A stretch of 64,000 nucleotides of DNA from an uncultured Acidimicrobiia bacterium (GTDB lineage: Bacteria > Actinomycetota > Acidimicrobiia > Spongiisociales > Spongiisociaceae), in NCBI GenBank assembly GCA_964516495.1, contig CAZEZF010000001.1, positions 10,041 through 74,040 of the forward strand. The letters run 5' to 3'. The notes below the pieces were generated by a model, which ran no database searches, was not told where the DNA came from, and saw only the letters and a program-made list of their open reading frames with translations. Positions 18,667 to 27,726 of this stretch are shown here, one piece after another (position 1 is the first letter of the stretch; every line of letters starts with the position of its first letter). A program made the position numbers and the translations under genes.

Positions 18667-20771
18667 TGAACTCCTCCGGCGGCGACAACACCCCGATCCA
18701 TCGCCGAGCGGGACCCTCGGGCAATCGAGCCCAGCCCGGAGATGTGCAATGAGTCGGCTACCGCCTCGAGTTGGCGAAGGAGGTCGATCACCTGACGGGT
18801 GATGCGGACGAAATCCCCCGGGGATAAGGAGGCATCGTCAAGAACATCGTCCAAGTCCATGTAACAGGACCAGGTGTAGGCAAGGAATCCGAATCCGGGA
18901 TGGGGTTGGCGGCCGGGGGGGAGGCGGTAACGCTCTTCGGTGACGGTGTGCCGTCGCCACAACTCCAGGATCATCTCCCAGTTTGTCTGGAGAGCCTCGG
19001 TCGGCAATGCGCCGGTCTCACCCTCGTTGCGCCGGGGCTCGTATGCGAATACCGATACCAGGGAAGCCAACTCGGCTGAGTCGAGTCCGGAAAAATACCC
19101 GGCTCTGGCCGCCTCCACGAAGAGGAAGTCCAGTTCGCTGTATACCAGCCGGAGAGCCTCGCCCGGTCCCCTGAGGGACCAACCTCGAAGAAACCCCCGG
19201 TGCTCCAGCAGCCGTCGCGCCCGGTGAAACCGTATGACCAGGTTGGGAAGGGCGCCGGTTCCGCCAACTGAAGTTTCTTTCTTGGCGGCCTTCCGAGAGC
19301 TTCCTCGGAGGTGTCGTTGTTGGATGCGTCGTTGTTGGAACTGGGCGAATGATGCCTCCAGCAGTGTTTCCGCTTGCCGGCGCGGGTAATTGGCGATCAG
19401 GTTGACCACCATGTTGTACGTCGGTCGGAAGCTGGAACGTAGAAGGTGGCTGCCCAGATCGGCGATCGACGTAACTCGGTGGAAGGGAACGTAGGGCGAA
19501 TGCAGTACCACTGCATGTCCGACCCGATCAATCCCTCGGCGGCCGGCCCTTCCGGTCAACTGGGTGAACTCCCCCGGAAGCATGAGTTCGTGGCCCTGGC
19601 CGGTGAACTTGCTCAGTTGGTCGAGCACCACGGTGCGAGCGGGCATATTGATGCCCAAGGACAGTGTTTCCGTGGCGAAGACCAGCTTCACCAGCCCATC
19701 ACAGAAAAGCTGTTCGGTTAGCTCCTTGAAGGCCGGGACGAGTCCTGCGTGGTGGGCGGCCACTCCCCTCTCCAGGCGATCAAGCCATGTGGCGTATCCG
19801 ATTGCTCGGAGATCCGAGTCATCGAGGTGTGCGGTTCCCTCCTCGACCCGGGATCTGATCTCTTCCCGTTCCTCTTGGACGGTAAGTTTGATATCCGCCC
19901 GGGCAATGCGGGCCGCGGCCTGGTCACAACCGACCCGGGAGAAGACGAAGTATATGGCGGGAAGTCGTTCGAGTTCGGCTAGATGCTTGATAACGGTAAG
20001 TTGTCTCGGAGTGGCGAACCGTCTCCTACGGCCCCCGCGCCGAGCCAATGCCCGAGGTATGGCCGGGTTGGGTTTCGTTCGGTCGGCGCCCCCTATGAAG
20101 AGCGGCAGTACATGCGCCTTCTTCTCGAAGCGGTCCCAGACCGCCCACCATCGCTTCAGCGGGACCGGACGGTGTTTCTCGATCACCAACTCGGTCGGTC
20201 CGCGCCTCGACCGTATCCAGCGGGTGAACTCATCAGCGTTGGCTACGGTGGCCGAGAGGCAAACCAGCTTGATGTTCGGCGGGGAGTGGATAATGACCTC
20301 TTCCCAGACCGCGCCGCGGAATCGATCCTGCAGGTAGTGAACCTCGTCGAGGATCACGGTCTCGACCGACGACAGATCGCTCCCCGAATAGATCATGTTT
20401 CTCAGTACCTCGGTGGTCATCACCACGACGGAGGCGCGGCTGTTGACGGAATTGTCCCCCGTCAAGAGACCTACGTGATCCGCCCCGTAGATGCTGATGA
20501 AGTCACGAAACTTCTGGTTTGACAGGGCCTTTAGCGGAGTGGTGTAGAAGGCGCGCCGGCCCCGGGTCAGGCTCCGGTGAACCGCAGCCTCAGCGATCAG
20601 CGTCTTTCCCGAGCCGGTGGGAGCGGTGACCACAACGGACCGCCCGCGCTCTACCGCCTCGATCGCCGTCAACTGGAACGGATCGGGTGTGAACGGGAGG
20701 GACTTCAGGAAACCGTGGACATCTAAGTCGTGGACGTCTAAACCGTGAACGTCTATTTCTTGAGGGTCCAC
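18663..20771 (-). CDS. helY: Ski2-like DEAD/DEAH-box RNA helicase HelY
   Basis: Walker A TAPTGSGKT and DEVH box (ILDEVHYL). It sits immediately downstream of tatC, as in mycobacterial helY-tatC-tatA. Confidence 0.8.
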   Translation of the reverse strand: MDPQEIDVHGLDVHDLDVHGFLKSLPFTPDPFQLTAIEAVERGRSVVVTAPTGSGKTLIAEAAVHRSLTRGRRAFYTTPLKALSNQKFRDFISIYGADHVGLLTGDNSVNSRASVVVMTTEVLRNMIYSGSDLSSVETVILDEVHYLQDRFRGAVWEEVIIHSPPNIKLVCLSATVANADEFTRWIRSRRGPTELVIEKHRPVPLKRWWAVWDRFEKKAHVLPLFIGGADRTKPNPAIPRALARRGGRRRRFATPRQLTVIKHLAELERLPAIYFVFSRVGCDQAAARIARADIKLTVQEEREEIRSRVEEGTAHLDDSDLRAIGYATWLDRLERGVAAHHAGLVPAFKELTEQLFCDGLVKLVFATETLSLGINMPARTVVLDQLSKFTGQGHELMLPGEFTQLTGRAGRRGIDRVGHAVVLHSPYVPFHRVTSIADLGSHLLRSSFRPTYNMVVNLIANYPRRQAETLLEASFAQFQQRRIQQRHLRGSSRKAAKKETSVGGTGALPNLVIRFHRARRLLEHRGFLRGWSLRGPGEALRLVYSELDFLFVEAARAGYFSGLDSAELASLVSVFAYEPRRNEGETGALPTEALQTNWEMILELWRRHTVTEERYRLPPGRQPHPGFGFLAYTWSCYMDLDDVLDDASLSPGDFVRITRQVIDLLRQLEAVADSLHISGLGSIARGSRSAMDRGVVAAGGVQ

Positions 20772-21472
20772 CGGATTATCCAGATAGTCGCTTCGTAGAA
20801 GAGGTACAGGGGGGTGGACAGCAGGATGAGGGTGACCGGATCACCGGTGGGGCTGACTACGGCGCCGATCGTGACGATGATCAGGATCGCCCAGCGACGA
20901 CCGGACGCGAGCTTCTCGGAGGAAACCACTCCTGCTACGGCCGCGCCGAACAGGAAGACAGGGAACTGGAAGGATAAGCCGAACAGCAATAGGAAGCGAA
21001 CCACGAAACGGGTGTATAGCTCGACAGTCCATAAGTTGTCGAGGTCATCGAATATCGATACCAGAAAACCGACCGCGCGGGGAAGACTCCAATAGGCGAA
21101 TCCGACTCCCAGTGAGAACAAAATCACCAAGACCGCTACTACCGGGAAGGCCCATTTGCGTTCCCGGTTGGTCAGCCCGGGGTTGATGAAGGCCCACGCC
21201 TGGTAGGCGAGTACCGGGCTTGCCAGCAGAGCGCCGCCGAACAGCGACATTCGCATCGCTATCGAGAACTGGTCGGTAGGGCCGGTCACGATCAATGTGT
21301 CGCCGGTGGTACCGGCGTACGACGCCTGTAACAGGTCGAGGAGGGTGTTGCGGAAAAAGAATGCGACGATGGTACCGACCGTGATCGCCGCTATGGCTTT
21401 CACAAGCCGGGAGCGAAGCTCCGTAAGGTGTCCGATCAGTGGTTGACTCGACGGATCGGTTTCGTCGGTCAC
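20753..21472 (-). CDS. tatC: twin-arginine translocase subunit TatC
   Basis: 239 aa, six TM segments, conserved N-terminus (LIGHLTELRSRL). Confidence 0.85.
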   Translation of the reverse strand: MTDETDPSSQPLIGHLTELRSRLVKAIAAITVGTIVAFFFRNTLLDLLQASYAGTTGDTLIVTGPTDQFSIAMRMSLFGGALLASPVLAYQAWAFINPGLTNRERKWAFPVVAVLVILFSLGVGFAYWSLPRAVGFLVSIFDDLDNLWTVELYTRFVVRFLLLFGLSFQFPVFLFGAAVAGVVSSEKLASGRRWAILIIVTIGAVVSPTGDPVTLILLSTPLYLFYEATIWIIRWTLKK

Positions 21473-22095
21473 GACACTTCCTGCTCGTCGGTCGGTTTCT
21501 CGGTCGGTTTCTCAGTTGGTTCTTCAGTCGGATCCTCACCCTGGGAGATCGTTCCGATTTGGTTATCCTCGGCTTCAGGAGGATCGGTGTCATCGGAAGC
21601 CGGTGGATGGACCGTATCCGGCAGGGGATCCTCCATGCCTTCCCAGACCTCCTTAGGGGAAACCCCTGTGGGTGGTTGGGGCGCGATCCACTTGGCTTCA
21701 GTGGTCACGCGCCTATCGGACCGGGGGTTCTCCGGGCGGCTGCTCCCAGTCCCGGATATGGCCGAAGTAGAGGGCGGAGGGGCGCCACTGGAAGGGTCTC
21801 TCAGTGAACGTTTGATGTCCTGCTCAGCCGACTTGGCGGTGTCGGCGGTTTGAGCCAGGGTTCGACGGACCTCCGACACCGGTTTCGAGATCTCCTCCCT
21901 GATCTCCTTGATCGGTTCCCTGATCGGGCCTATCTCCTGCTCCAGCCCTCTACGCAATTCGATGACGGCCCCTCTAAGCTCGCGAAGGTAACCTCCGATA
22001 GTGCGGGCGATCTCCGGCAATCGGTGAGGACCGAAAACCACCAACGCAATGACGGCGATAGTCAAGACCTCGGCGCCGCTGAACGAACTAAACAC
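21469..22095 (-). CDS. tatA: TatA/TatB family Sec-independent translocase protein with long Pro/Glu-rich repetitive tail
   Basis: N-terminal TM plus hinge (VIALVVFGPHRLPE) then an amphipathic helix. The 208-aa length is unusual for TatA. The tail contains EEPTEKPTEKPTDE repeats. Confidence 0.75.
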   Translation of the reverse strand: MFSSFSGAEVLTIAVIALVVFGPHRLPEIARTIGGYLRELRGAVIELRRGLEQEIGPIREPIKEIREEISKPVSEVRRTLAQTADTAKSAEQDIKRSLRDPSSGAPPPSTSAISGTGSSRPENPRSDRRVTTEAKWIAPQPPTGVSPKEVWEGMEDPLPDTVHPPASDDTDPPEAEDNQIGTISQGEDPTEEPTEKPTEKPTDEQEVS

Positions 22096-22217
22096 GTGGC
22101 AATGCTACAGATGTCTCGGCGGCTTCCCGTTACCGCAACAAGATCTGTAGCGGCCGGACGGTGACGATCTGTGCCCCGCTCTCATTGGAGCAGTCCCACG
22201 GCGCGCCGGGCGCCGGT

Positions 22218-23156
22218 TCAGGACTCATCGTATCTGGCGAGGATTTCGCTTCGAAGACGTTTCAGCTCCTCCTCTACCTTCCGTCCCTTGACAAGGCGAG
22301 CTTTGTCGCCCAGGCGGACGAGAAGGCGAGCGGCCACTCTGGGATCGGCCGCGCTGAAACGAACCTTCATCTCGGTTCCGTTGTCCTCGATGACCTTGAC
22401 CGGGTAGTACTCGGCTACCCACCGGGCGGCGGGCCCCAGTAGCAGTTCGGATTCGATCGCGTCAGCCGGGGGCGCGAACCCGATCCGGGGTCGGTCCCTA
22501 TCCGGTGGAGGTGTGAAGGTTTCCGCCAGGAGGCGGAGGGACCTTATCCGGTCGATTCTGAAGGTTCGATCGTCTTTCGCGAGTCGGCACTTTGCGGATA
22601 GGTACCAGCGACCCATCGAGGCGTAGGTGATGAGCGGTTCTACTACCCGGTCGGTTGTCTTGTTGGCGCCTACCGATAGATAGGTCATCTTGACCGCCCG
22701 ATGTTCGCCTGTCGCCTTCTGGAGATCGGCGAGGTGTACGGGTTCGGCCGGCAATTCAGCTCCGATGACCGGCGCGGCGTCGGGAAATACCACGGCAGCC
22801 AGTTTCTCGACCGCCGAGGAAAGAGCCGCATTGCCGTAGCTGGTCCCATCAACCGCCATCCCGGCGCTGAGCAGTCCCAGGGCCTCGGGCGGGGTCAATT
22901 TCAAGGGCCGGGAGAAGTAGTCGGCGGTATCGAGGATAACCACGTCGTCCTCGATAGCCGCCCATATCAGGTCGTCTGGTCCGTAACCAGGTACCCCGCA
23001 TAGGAACAGGAGGGACAGGTCTCCGGCCAGCTCCTTCTCGTTGCGATAGCCGAACCTGTGAATTACTTCGGACACCGTCGGATAAGGGTTGGCGAGTATC
23101 CAGGGCATCAACGCCAGGATGCGCACCAGCCGTCGCTGGGTTGAGGTAATGGTCAC
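22218..23156 (-). CDS. pafC: proteasome accessory factor PafC (HTH-WYL domain regulator)
   Basis: 312 aa with an N-terminal HTH and a WYL-type C-terminal domain. Position tatA-pafC-pafB-pafA matches mycobacteria. Confidence 0.65.
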   Translation of the reverse strand: MTITSTQRRLVRILALMPWILANPYPTVSEVIHRFGYRNEKELAGDLSLLFLCGVPGYGPDDLIWAAIEDDVVILDTADYFSRPLKLTPPEALGLLSAGMAVDGTSYGNAALSSAVEKLAAVVFPDAAPVIGAELPAEPVHLADLQKATGEHRAVKMTYLSVGANKTTDRVVEPLITYASMGRWYLSAKCRLAKDDRTFRIDRIRSLRLLAETFTPPPDRDRPRIGFAPPADAIESELLLGPAARWVAEYYPVKVIEDNGTEMKVRFSAADPRVAARLLVRLGDKARLVKGRKVEEELKRLRSEILARYDES

Positions 23157-24082
23157 GAGTCGCCTCTCACCCGACGGATGAGCATGCGGCGAAGATCAGA
23201 CGGCGCCAACAGCACGGCTGCCGCATCCACTTCCAGGAGGGCGTCTATAAAGGACTCCGGTTGCGAATATGGGATGTCCAAGACGAGAGCGCCATCGTGG
23301 CGCCGCTCGACCGCCACGGCTTCGGGAAAGCGGTTCTCGGCCCACCAGGCCACCTCCGGGTCCCACCGCACGGTTGCGATCTCTTCCTTTTCTGCGTCAT
23401 CCCAGGGTTGGGAGGAGAGGATGTCCCGAGGAGAGAACTCATCGGGTCGTTCGAACGCCTCGGCGGGCTCTTGTACATCCACTTCGTCGGCGCGGTCCAA
23501 TCGATAGGTGCGCACCTTTCCGTCTCCGTCGACTTCCGCTCCCGCGAAATACCAATGGCCGTTCCGATAATAGACACCGTACGGTGTGATGTGTCTAGCC
23601 CTGTACTTATATATAAAGGTAATACAGCGGCGTTCCAGAACAGCATTGAACACCTGGTCCAGCAAACGGCTCTCAAGGCCCAGATCAGCGCCGAAGGGCT
23701 TGCCGGATTCTCCCAGTCGCGCTCCTCCGAGCTTTAGTAGGGCAGTGGATCCTGCGGGCCACTCTCCTGCGTTGACCATGCGTACGGCCAGCGCGAGAGC
23801 GGAACGTTCCTCCTCTGTCAATCCGGGATCGACTCTCTGGTATTGCTCGCTCGGGATGACGTAACCCAATTCGACTTCCCACACATCGGTAGCCTGCAGT
23901 TCGAGCGAGAATCCGATCTGGCGCAGGATGCTCTTGTCTCTGGAGAACTTGCGGCGGAAGGCATGATCGGACGAGTTTCCGTATCCTTCTACCTTGCTCC
24001 GGATCTCTTCGCTTGTGACAGGTCGTTTCGCATCCAGCAGGTACGCCAGCAGGTTGATCCGACGCTCAATGACTGCGCTCAT
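23153..24082 (-). CDS. pafB: proteasome accessory factor PafB (HTH-WYL domain regulator)
   Basis: Probable start MSAVIERRINLLAYLLD at 24082. The ORF-track start at 24253 would run into the repeat copy B region. Confidence 0.65.
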   Translation of the reverse strand: MSAVIERRINLLAYLLDAKRPVTSEEIRSKVEGYGNSSDHAFRRKFSRDKSILRQIGFSLELQATDVWEVELGYVIPSEQYQRVDPGLTEEERSALALAVRMVNAGEWPAGSTALLKLGGARLGESGKPFGADLGLESRLLDQVFNAVLERRCITFIYKYRARHITPYGVYYRNGHWYFAGAEVDGDGKVRTYRLDRADEVDVQEPAEAFERPDEFSPRDILSSQPWDDAEKEEIATVRWDPEVAWWAENRFPEAVAVERRHDGALVLDIPYSQPESFIDALLEVDAAAVLLAPSDLRRMLIRRVRGDS

Positions 24083-24200
24083 CCTTATCCCTGATTGTAG
24101 GAGGGTACCGAAGAATGAATCTATCGGGTTTACCGGTTGACAAACTAACGATCCAAGCGCCTCGCTAAACGGGCGAGCCCCATTGTACGGGAGTTCTTCC

Positions 24201-24408
24201 CTTAACCCCGATTTTAACGCAGGGGTTTGAATGGATAACCGAGAGAGACGCAATGAACTCTCTGACCTGGGAAAATAGCTGTTTGACGGCCTCGCCTGTC
24301 CGGAGGGCGCCCTTCACCTGTAGGGTGATCGCCTGACACGCCGTGAAGATACGTTTGACGCGGCCTTTTCGAGGTCGGTATGACGGGGCATGAAGAATTG
24401 GGGTTAAC
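24201..24408 (+). repeat. interspersed repeat family copy B
   Basis: cttaaccccgattttaacGCAGGGGTTTGAATGGATAACCGAGAGAG...TTTGACGCGGCCTTTTCGAGGTCGGTATGACGGGGCATGAAGAATTGGGGTTAAC. It lies between the pafB start (24082) and the pafA stop (24511). Confidence 0.85.
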
Positions 24409-24510
24409 TCCTACAGGTTAGAACCTGATACAAGAGCACTCATTATCGCCCCATAGATTGGAGATCCCCCTCAGACCCGATACCCACATACTTGCGCCGG
24501 ACTGATCCGC

Positions 24511-25866
24511 TCACAGCCCGGCTATCAAATGATCCACCCGCTTGTCCGTGGATTGGAAAGGGTCCTTGCAGAGAACCGTTCGCTGTGCTTGATCGTTGAG
24601 TTTGAGGTGAACCCAATCCACGGTGAAGTCCCTCTTTCTTGCCTTGGCCGCCGCGATGAACTCTCCTCGCAACCGAGCCCGGGTTGTCTGAGGAGGTTTA
24701 CTCATGGCCGTAGCAATCGTGGCGTTGGTGACGATCCTGTCTACGAGTCCCTTCCTGGCCAGCAGGTAGTAGAGACCCCTCGCCTGCGTGACATCGTGAT
24801 AGCTGAGATCCACCAACATTACCCGTGGGTGCGATAGGTTGAGTTCGTGCCGGCGACGGTAGCGTTCGATGAGTTGGTACTTGGTAACCCAGTCGATCTC
24901 GCGGTGCAGGGACAGCGGGTTCGTCTCCAACCCGGACAACAGATGTTCCCACATGGCGACCGCCCGTTCGATCTGAGGATGGAATCCGGGTCTTCTACCG
25001 TACCTGATTACCCGGTCCAGGTATTCCCACTGGATGTCCAGCGCCGATAGTTCACGACCGTTGGCGAGATCGACCTTGCGGCGGCAGGTAGGGTCCTGAC
25101 TGATCTGGCGGATAGCCCGAATAGGGTTGGCTAGGGTCATGTCTCTGAAGACGACGCCCGTCTCGATCATTTCGAGGAGCGCCGCGGTCGTACCGACCTT
25201 CACATAGGTCGCGTACTCACTCATGTTCGAGTCACCGGCTATCACATGTAGCCGACGGTACTTCTCGGCGTCGGCATGAGGCTCATCCCGTGTGTTGATG
25301 ATGGGCCGTGACCTGGTGGTGGCTGACGATACGCCTTCCCAGATGTGGTCGGCTCGTTGCGAGATCGAATAGATCGGCCCGCGCGCTGTCTGGAGAAGCT
25401 TGCCCGCCCCGGAGAATATCTGTCGGGTTACCAGGAACGGGATGAGAATATCCAGCATCTTCTGGAAGTCACCCTCACGGGGCACCAGGTAGTTTTCATG
25501 GCATCCGTAGGAGTTTCCTGCCGAGTCGGTGTTGTTCTTGTAGAGGTAGATGTCGCCCCTGATGCCCTCCTCGCGGAGGCGTTGCTCCGCGATACGCTGT
25601 AGGTTGGCGATGATTCTCTCGCCCGCCTTGTCATGGGCGACGAGTTCGATGAGCTTGTCGCACTCCGGGGTTGCGTACTCGGGATGGCTCCCTACATCCA
25701 GGTAGAGACGGGCGCCGTTTTCGAGGAATACGTTCGAAGACCTGCCCCATGACACCACGTTCCGAAAGAGGTAACGAGCAACCTCATCGGGGCTGAGTCG
25801 TCTTTGGCCCCGGAGGGCGCATGTAATACCGAACTCGTTCTCGATCCCGAAGATGCGACGTTTCAC
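24511..25866 (-). CDS. pafA: Pup--protein ligase PafA
   Basis: 451 aa. N-terminus [11 protein letters not shown] is typical of the PafA/Dop carboxylate-amine ligase family. Confidence 0.85.
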   Translation of the reverse strand: MKRRIFGIENEFGITCALRGQRRLSPDEVARYLFRNVVSWGRSSNVFLENGARLYLDVGSHPEYATPECDKLIELVAHDKAGERIIANLQRIAEQRLREEGIRGDIYLYKNNTDSAGNSYGCHENYLVPREGDFQKMLDILIPFLVTRQIFSGAGKLLQTARGPIYSISQRADHIWEGVSSATTRSRPIINTRDEPHADAEKYRRLHVIAGDSNMSEYATYVKVGTTAALLEMIETGVVFRDMTLANPIRAIRQISQDPTCRRKVDLANGRELSALDIQWEYLDRVIRYGRRPGFHPQIERAVAMWEHLLSGLETNPLSLHREIDWVTKYQLIERYRRRHELNLSHPRVMLVDLSYHDVTQARGLYYLLARKGLVDRIVTNATIATAMSKPPQTTRARLRGEFIAAAKARKRDFTVDWVHLKLNDQAQRTVLCKDPFQSTDKRVDHLIAGL

Positions 25867-26001
25867 CTACACAGGGTAGTGCGCCCGCATCGGCGCCAAG
25901 ACAAGACCCGCTGTAAGAGCGATGCCGGTCGCCGGTCTCTTCCTGGCCGACGACGCGTAGGCAGGTCCGGCGACCGGGCTTGGGGTCCGGAAGGACTCAG
26001 C

Positions 26002-26670
26002 TCATATGGTCGCCAACTGCTCTTTCGGAAGTCGGCGGAACCGGCGATTGTCCAGTCCCCGGTCGAGAAGAGCTCCCTCCCATCCGTCGATGTTCCGGTC
26101 CTCTACTGTCCGGAAGGCCTCGGCCGCGATCCCCAGCGCCTCGTCCAGCGTCGGCGTCCCGTCGTAGCTCTCACCCAGCTTCTGAGTCAGAGCTTCCGAC
26201 TTGCCTCCGATCGCCGTATAGCCGCTCGTGTCATAGAGGGTTCCATCGTAGGTCACCCTGAAGAGCCGGTCCTCCCCGACCGTTCGGGCGACTTCCACTA
26301 GGAGGACTTCCACTTCGAAGGGTTTGGGTCCCTGAACGAATATGTTTCCCAGCGTCTGGGAGAAGGCGGACGCCAGGCTTTTGGCGGTAACGTCCTCACG
26401 TCCGTACTGGTAGCCCTTCACATCCGCGTAGCGGATACCGGCCACCCGTAGGGATTCGAACTCGTTGTACTTGCCTACCCCGGCGAATGCGATACGGTCA
26501 TAGATCTCCGAGATCTTTGTCAGGGTCCGGCTGGGATTCTCAGCCAGAATCAGAACCCCCTCCCGGGTTTCGAGGGCGACGATGGAACGACCGCGGGCGA
26601 TACCCTTCCGAGCGTATTCGGCTCGGTCCTTTACCAGTTGTTCCGGGGGTACATAGAAAGGTAGGGTCAT
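26002..26670 (-). CDS. prcA: proteasome subunit alpha
   Basis: 222 aa, 20S alpha-type N-terminus (TLPFYVPPEQLVKDRAEYARKGIARGRS). Confidence 0.85.
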   Translation of the reverse strand: MTLPFYVPPEQLVKDRAEYARKGIARGRSIVALETREGVLILAENPSRTLTKISEIYDRIAFAGVGKYNEFESLRVAGIRYADVKGYQYGREDVTAKSLASAFSQTLGNIFVQGPKPFEVEVLLVEVARTVGEDRLFRVTYDGTLYDTSGYTAIGGKSEALTQKLGESYDGTPTLDEALGIAAEAFRTVEDRNIDGWEGALLDRGLDNRRFRRLPKEQLATI

Positions 26671-27458
26671 CGCGCCTTCTCCAAGGCGCGCTCAGCGGAG
26701 GCGGCCACGTCCGCATCATCGACTTCTTCGAATCCATCGCGGTCTACCGTAACCACATTGGGATAGATCCCTCGTCTCAGGTCGGGTCCCCCGGTGGCAA
26801 GATCCTGCTCGGACGCCGCGACCAAGGCTTCGACGGCATGGTCGACAGCTTCTTCCCGGTTGGAGTCGGGTCGGAAGACCGTACGTAGGTAGGAGCGCGC
26901 TTCCCGACTTCCGGATCCTGCCGCGCCGAACTCGTGTTCCTCGTAGCGTCCTCCTACCGCGTCAAAGGTGAAGACATGTCCGGATTCCCGATCGGGTTCG
27001 ACCCCGCAGAAGATCGGTATGACTATGAATCCCCGCAGGGCCAGGGGTAACTGGGTGCGAACCATGCGGGCCAAATAGTTGGCCTTCCCGTCAAGACTGA
27101 GGCGAACCCCCTCCAGTTTCTCGTAGTGCTCGAGTTCGGTTTGGAAGAGCCGGATCATCTCGATCGCCAGACCTGCGGTACCGGAGATCGCTACCGCCGA
27201 GTATTTGTCGGCCGAGAAGACCTTCTGGATTCGGCGGTGCGAGACATCGTATCCGGCGGTGGCTTGGCGGTCGCCGACCATAACCACTCCCCCCTCGTAG
27301 CGGATCGCGATAACGGTTGTGGCTTCCGGACTCGGCAGCGACGAAGAGAGGCCGTCCGAGGGAACCGACCAGCGTGGCGCCAAGTCGAGCGAGCGGACCA
27401 GGTCGGTGAAGCCGAAGCCGAGGGTCGGGGCGTGCAGGGGGAGCGGTGATCCGTTCAT
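26667..27458 (-). CDS. prcB: proteasome subunit beta (propeptide then catalytic Thr1: TTVIAIRYEGG)
   Basis: 263 aa. It overlaps prcA by 4 nt. Confidence 0.85.
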   Translation of the reverse strand: MNGSPLPLHAPTLGFGFTDLVRSLDLAPRWSVPSDGLSSSLPSPEATTVIAIRYEGGVVMVGDRQATAGYDVSHRRIQKVFSADKYSAVAISGTAGLAIEMIRLFQTELEHYEKLEGVRLSLDGKANYLARMVRTQLPLALRGFIVIPIFCGVEPDRESGHVFTFDAVGGRYEEHEFGAAGSGSREARSYLRTVFRPDSNREEAVDHAVEALVAASEQDLATGGPDLRRGIYPNVVTVDRDGFEEVDDADVAASAERALEKAR

Positions 27459-27643
27459 TCGCCCCCCTTCTGGACGTAGTTCTTTACGAACTCCTCGGCG
27501 TTTTCTTCCAGCACCGAATCGATCTCATCCAAAAGGGCGTCGATTTCGGTTGCAGCCGCTCTGTCCGATCTGCTTGGCGTCTTTTCGTAGGTTGGTTGGT
27601 CTTGTGGACTACGATCCACCTGCCGACGCTCCTGTGCCATCAT
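27455..27643 (-). CDS. pup: prokaryotic ubiquitin-like protein Pup
   Basis: 62 aa, disordered and acidic. C-terminus ...KNYVQKGGE fits the Pup GGQ/GGE terminus. It overlaps prcB by 4 nt. Confidence 0.8.
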   Translation of the reverse strand: MMAQERRQVDRSPQDQPTYEKTPSRSDRAAATEIDALLDEIDSVLEENAEEFVKNYVQKGGE

Positions 27644-27726
27644 CTCCTCCTAGAACGAACCGCATGCCTGTTCATTGCTCATGCTTAAATGTCAAATCCC
27701 CTGCGGGGTGATTGCTACTTGCGGTC

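Noticed and set aside
19564-20337. 257-aa plus-strand ORF and neighbouring plus-strand ORFs
   Set aside because: Antisense to helY.
21045-21593. 182-aa minus-strand ORF and plus-strand ORFs 21428-21853 and 21439-21807
   Set aside because: They are out-of-frame or antisense overlaps of tatC and tatA. Their repetitive peptides derive from the tatA Pro/Glu repeat region.
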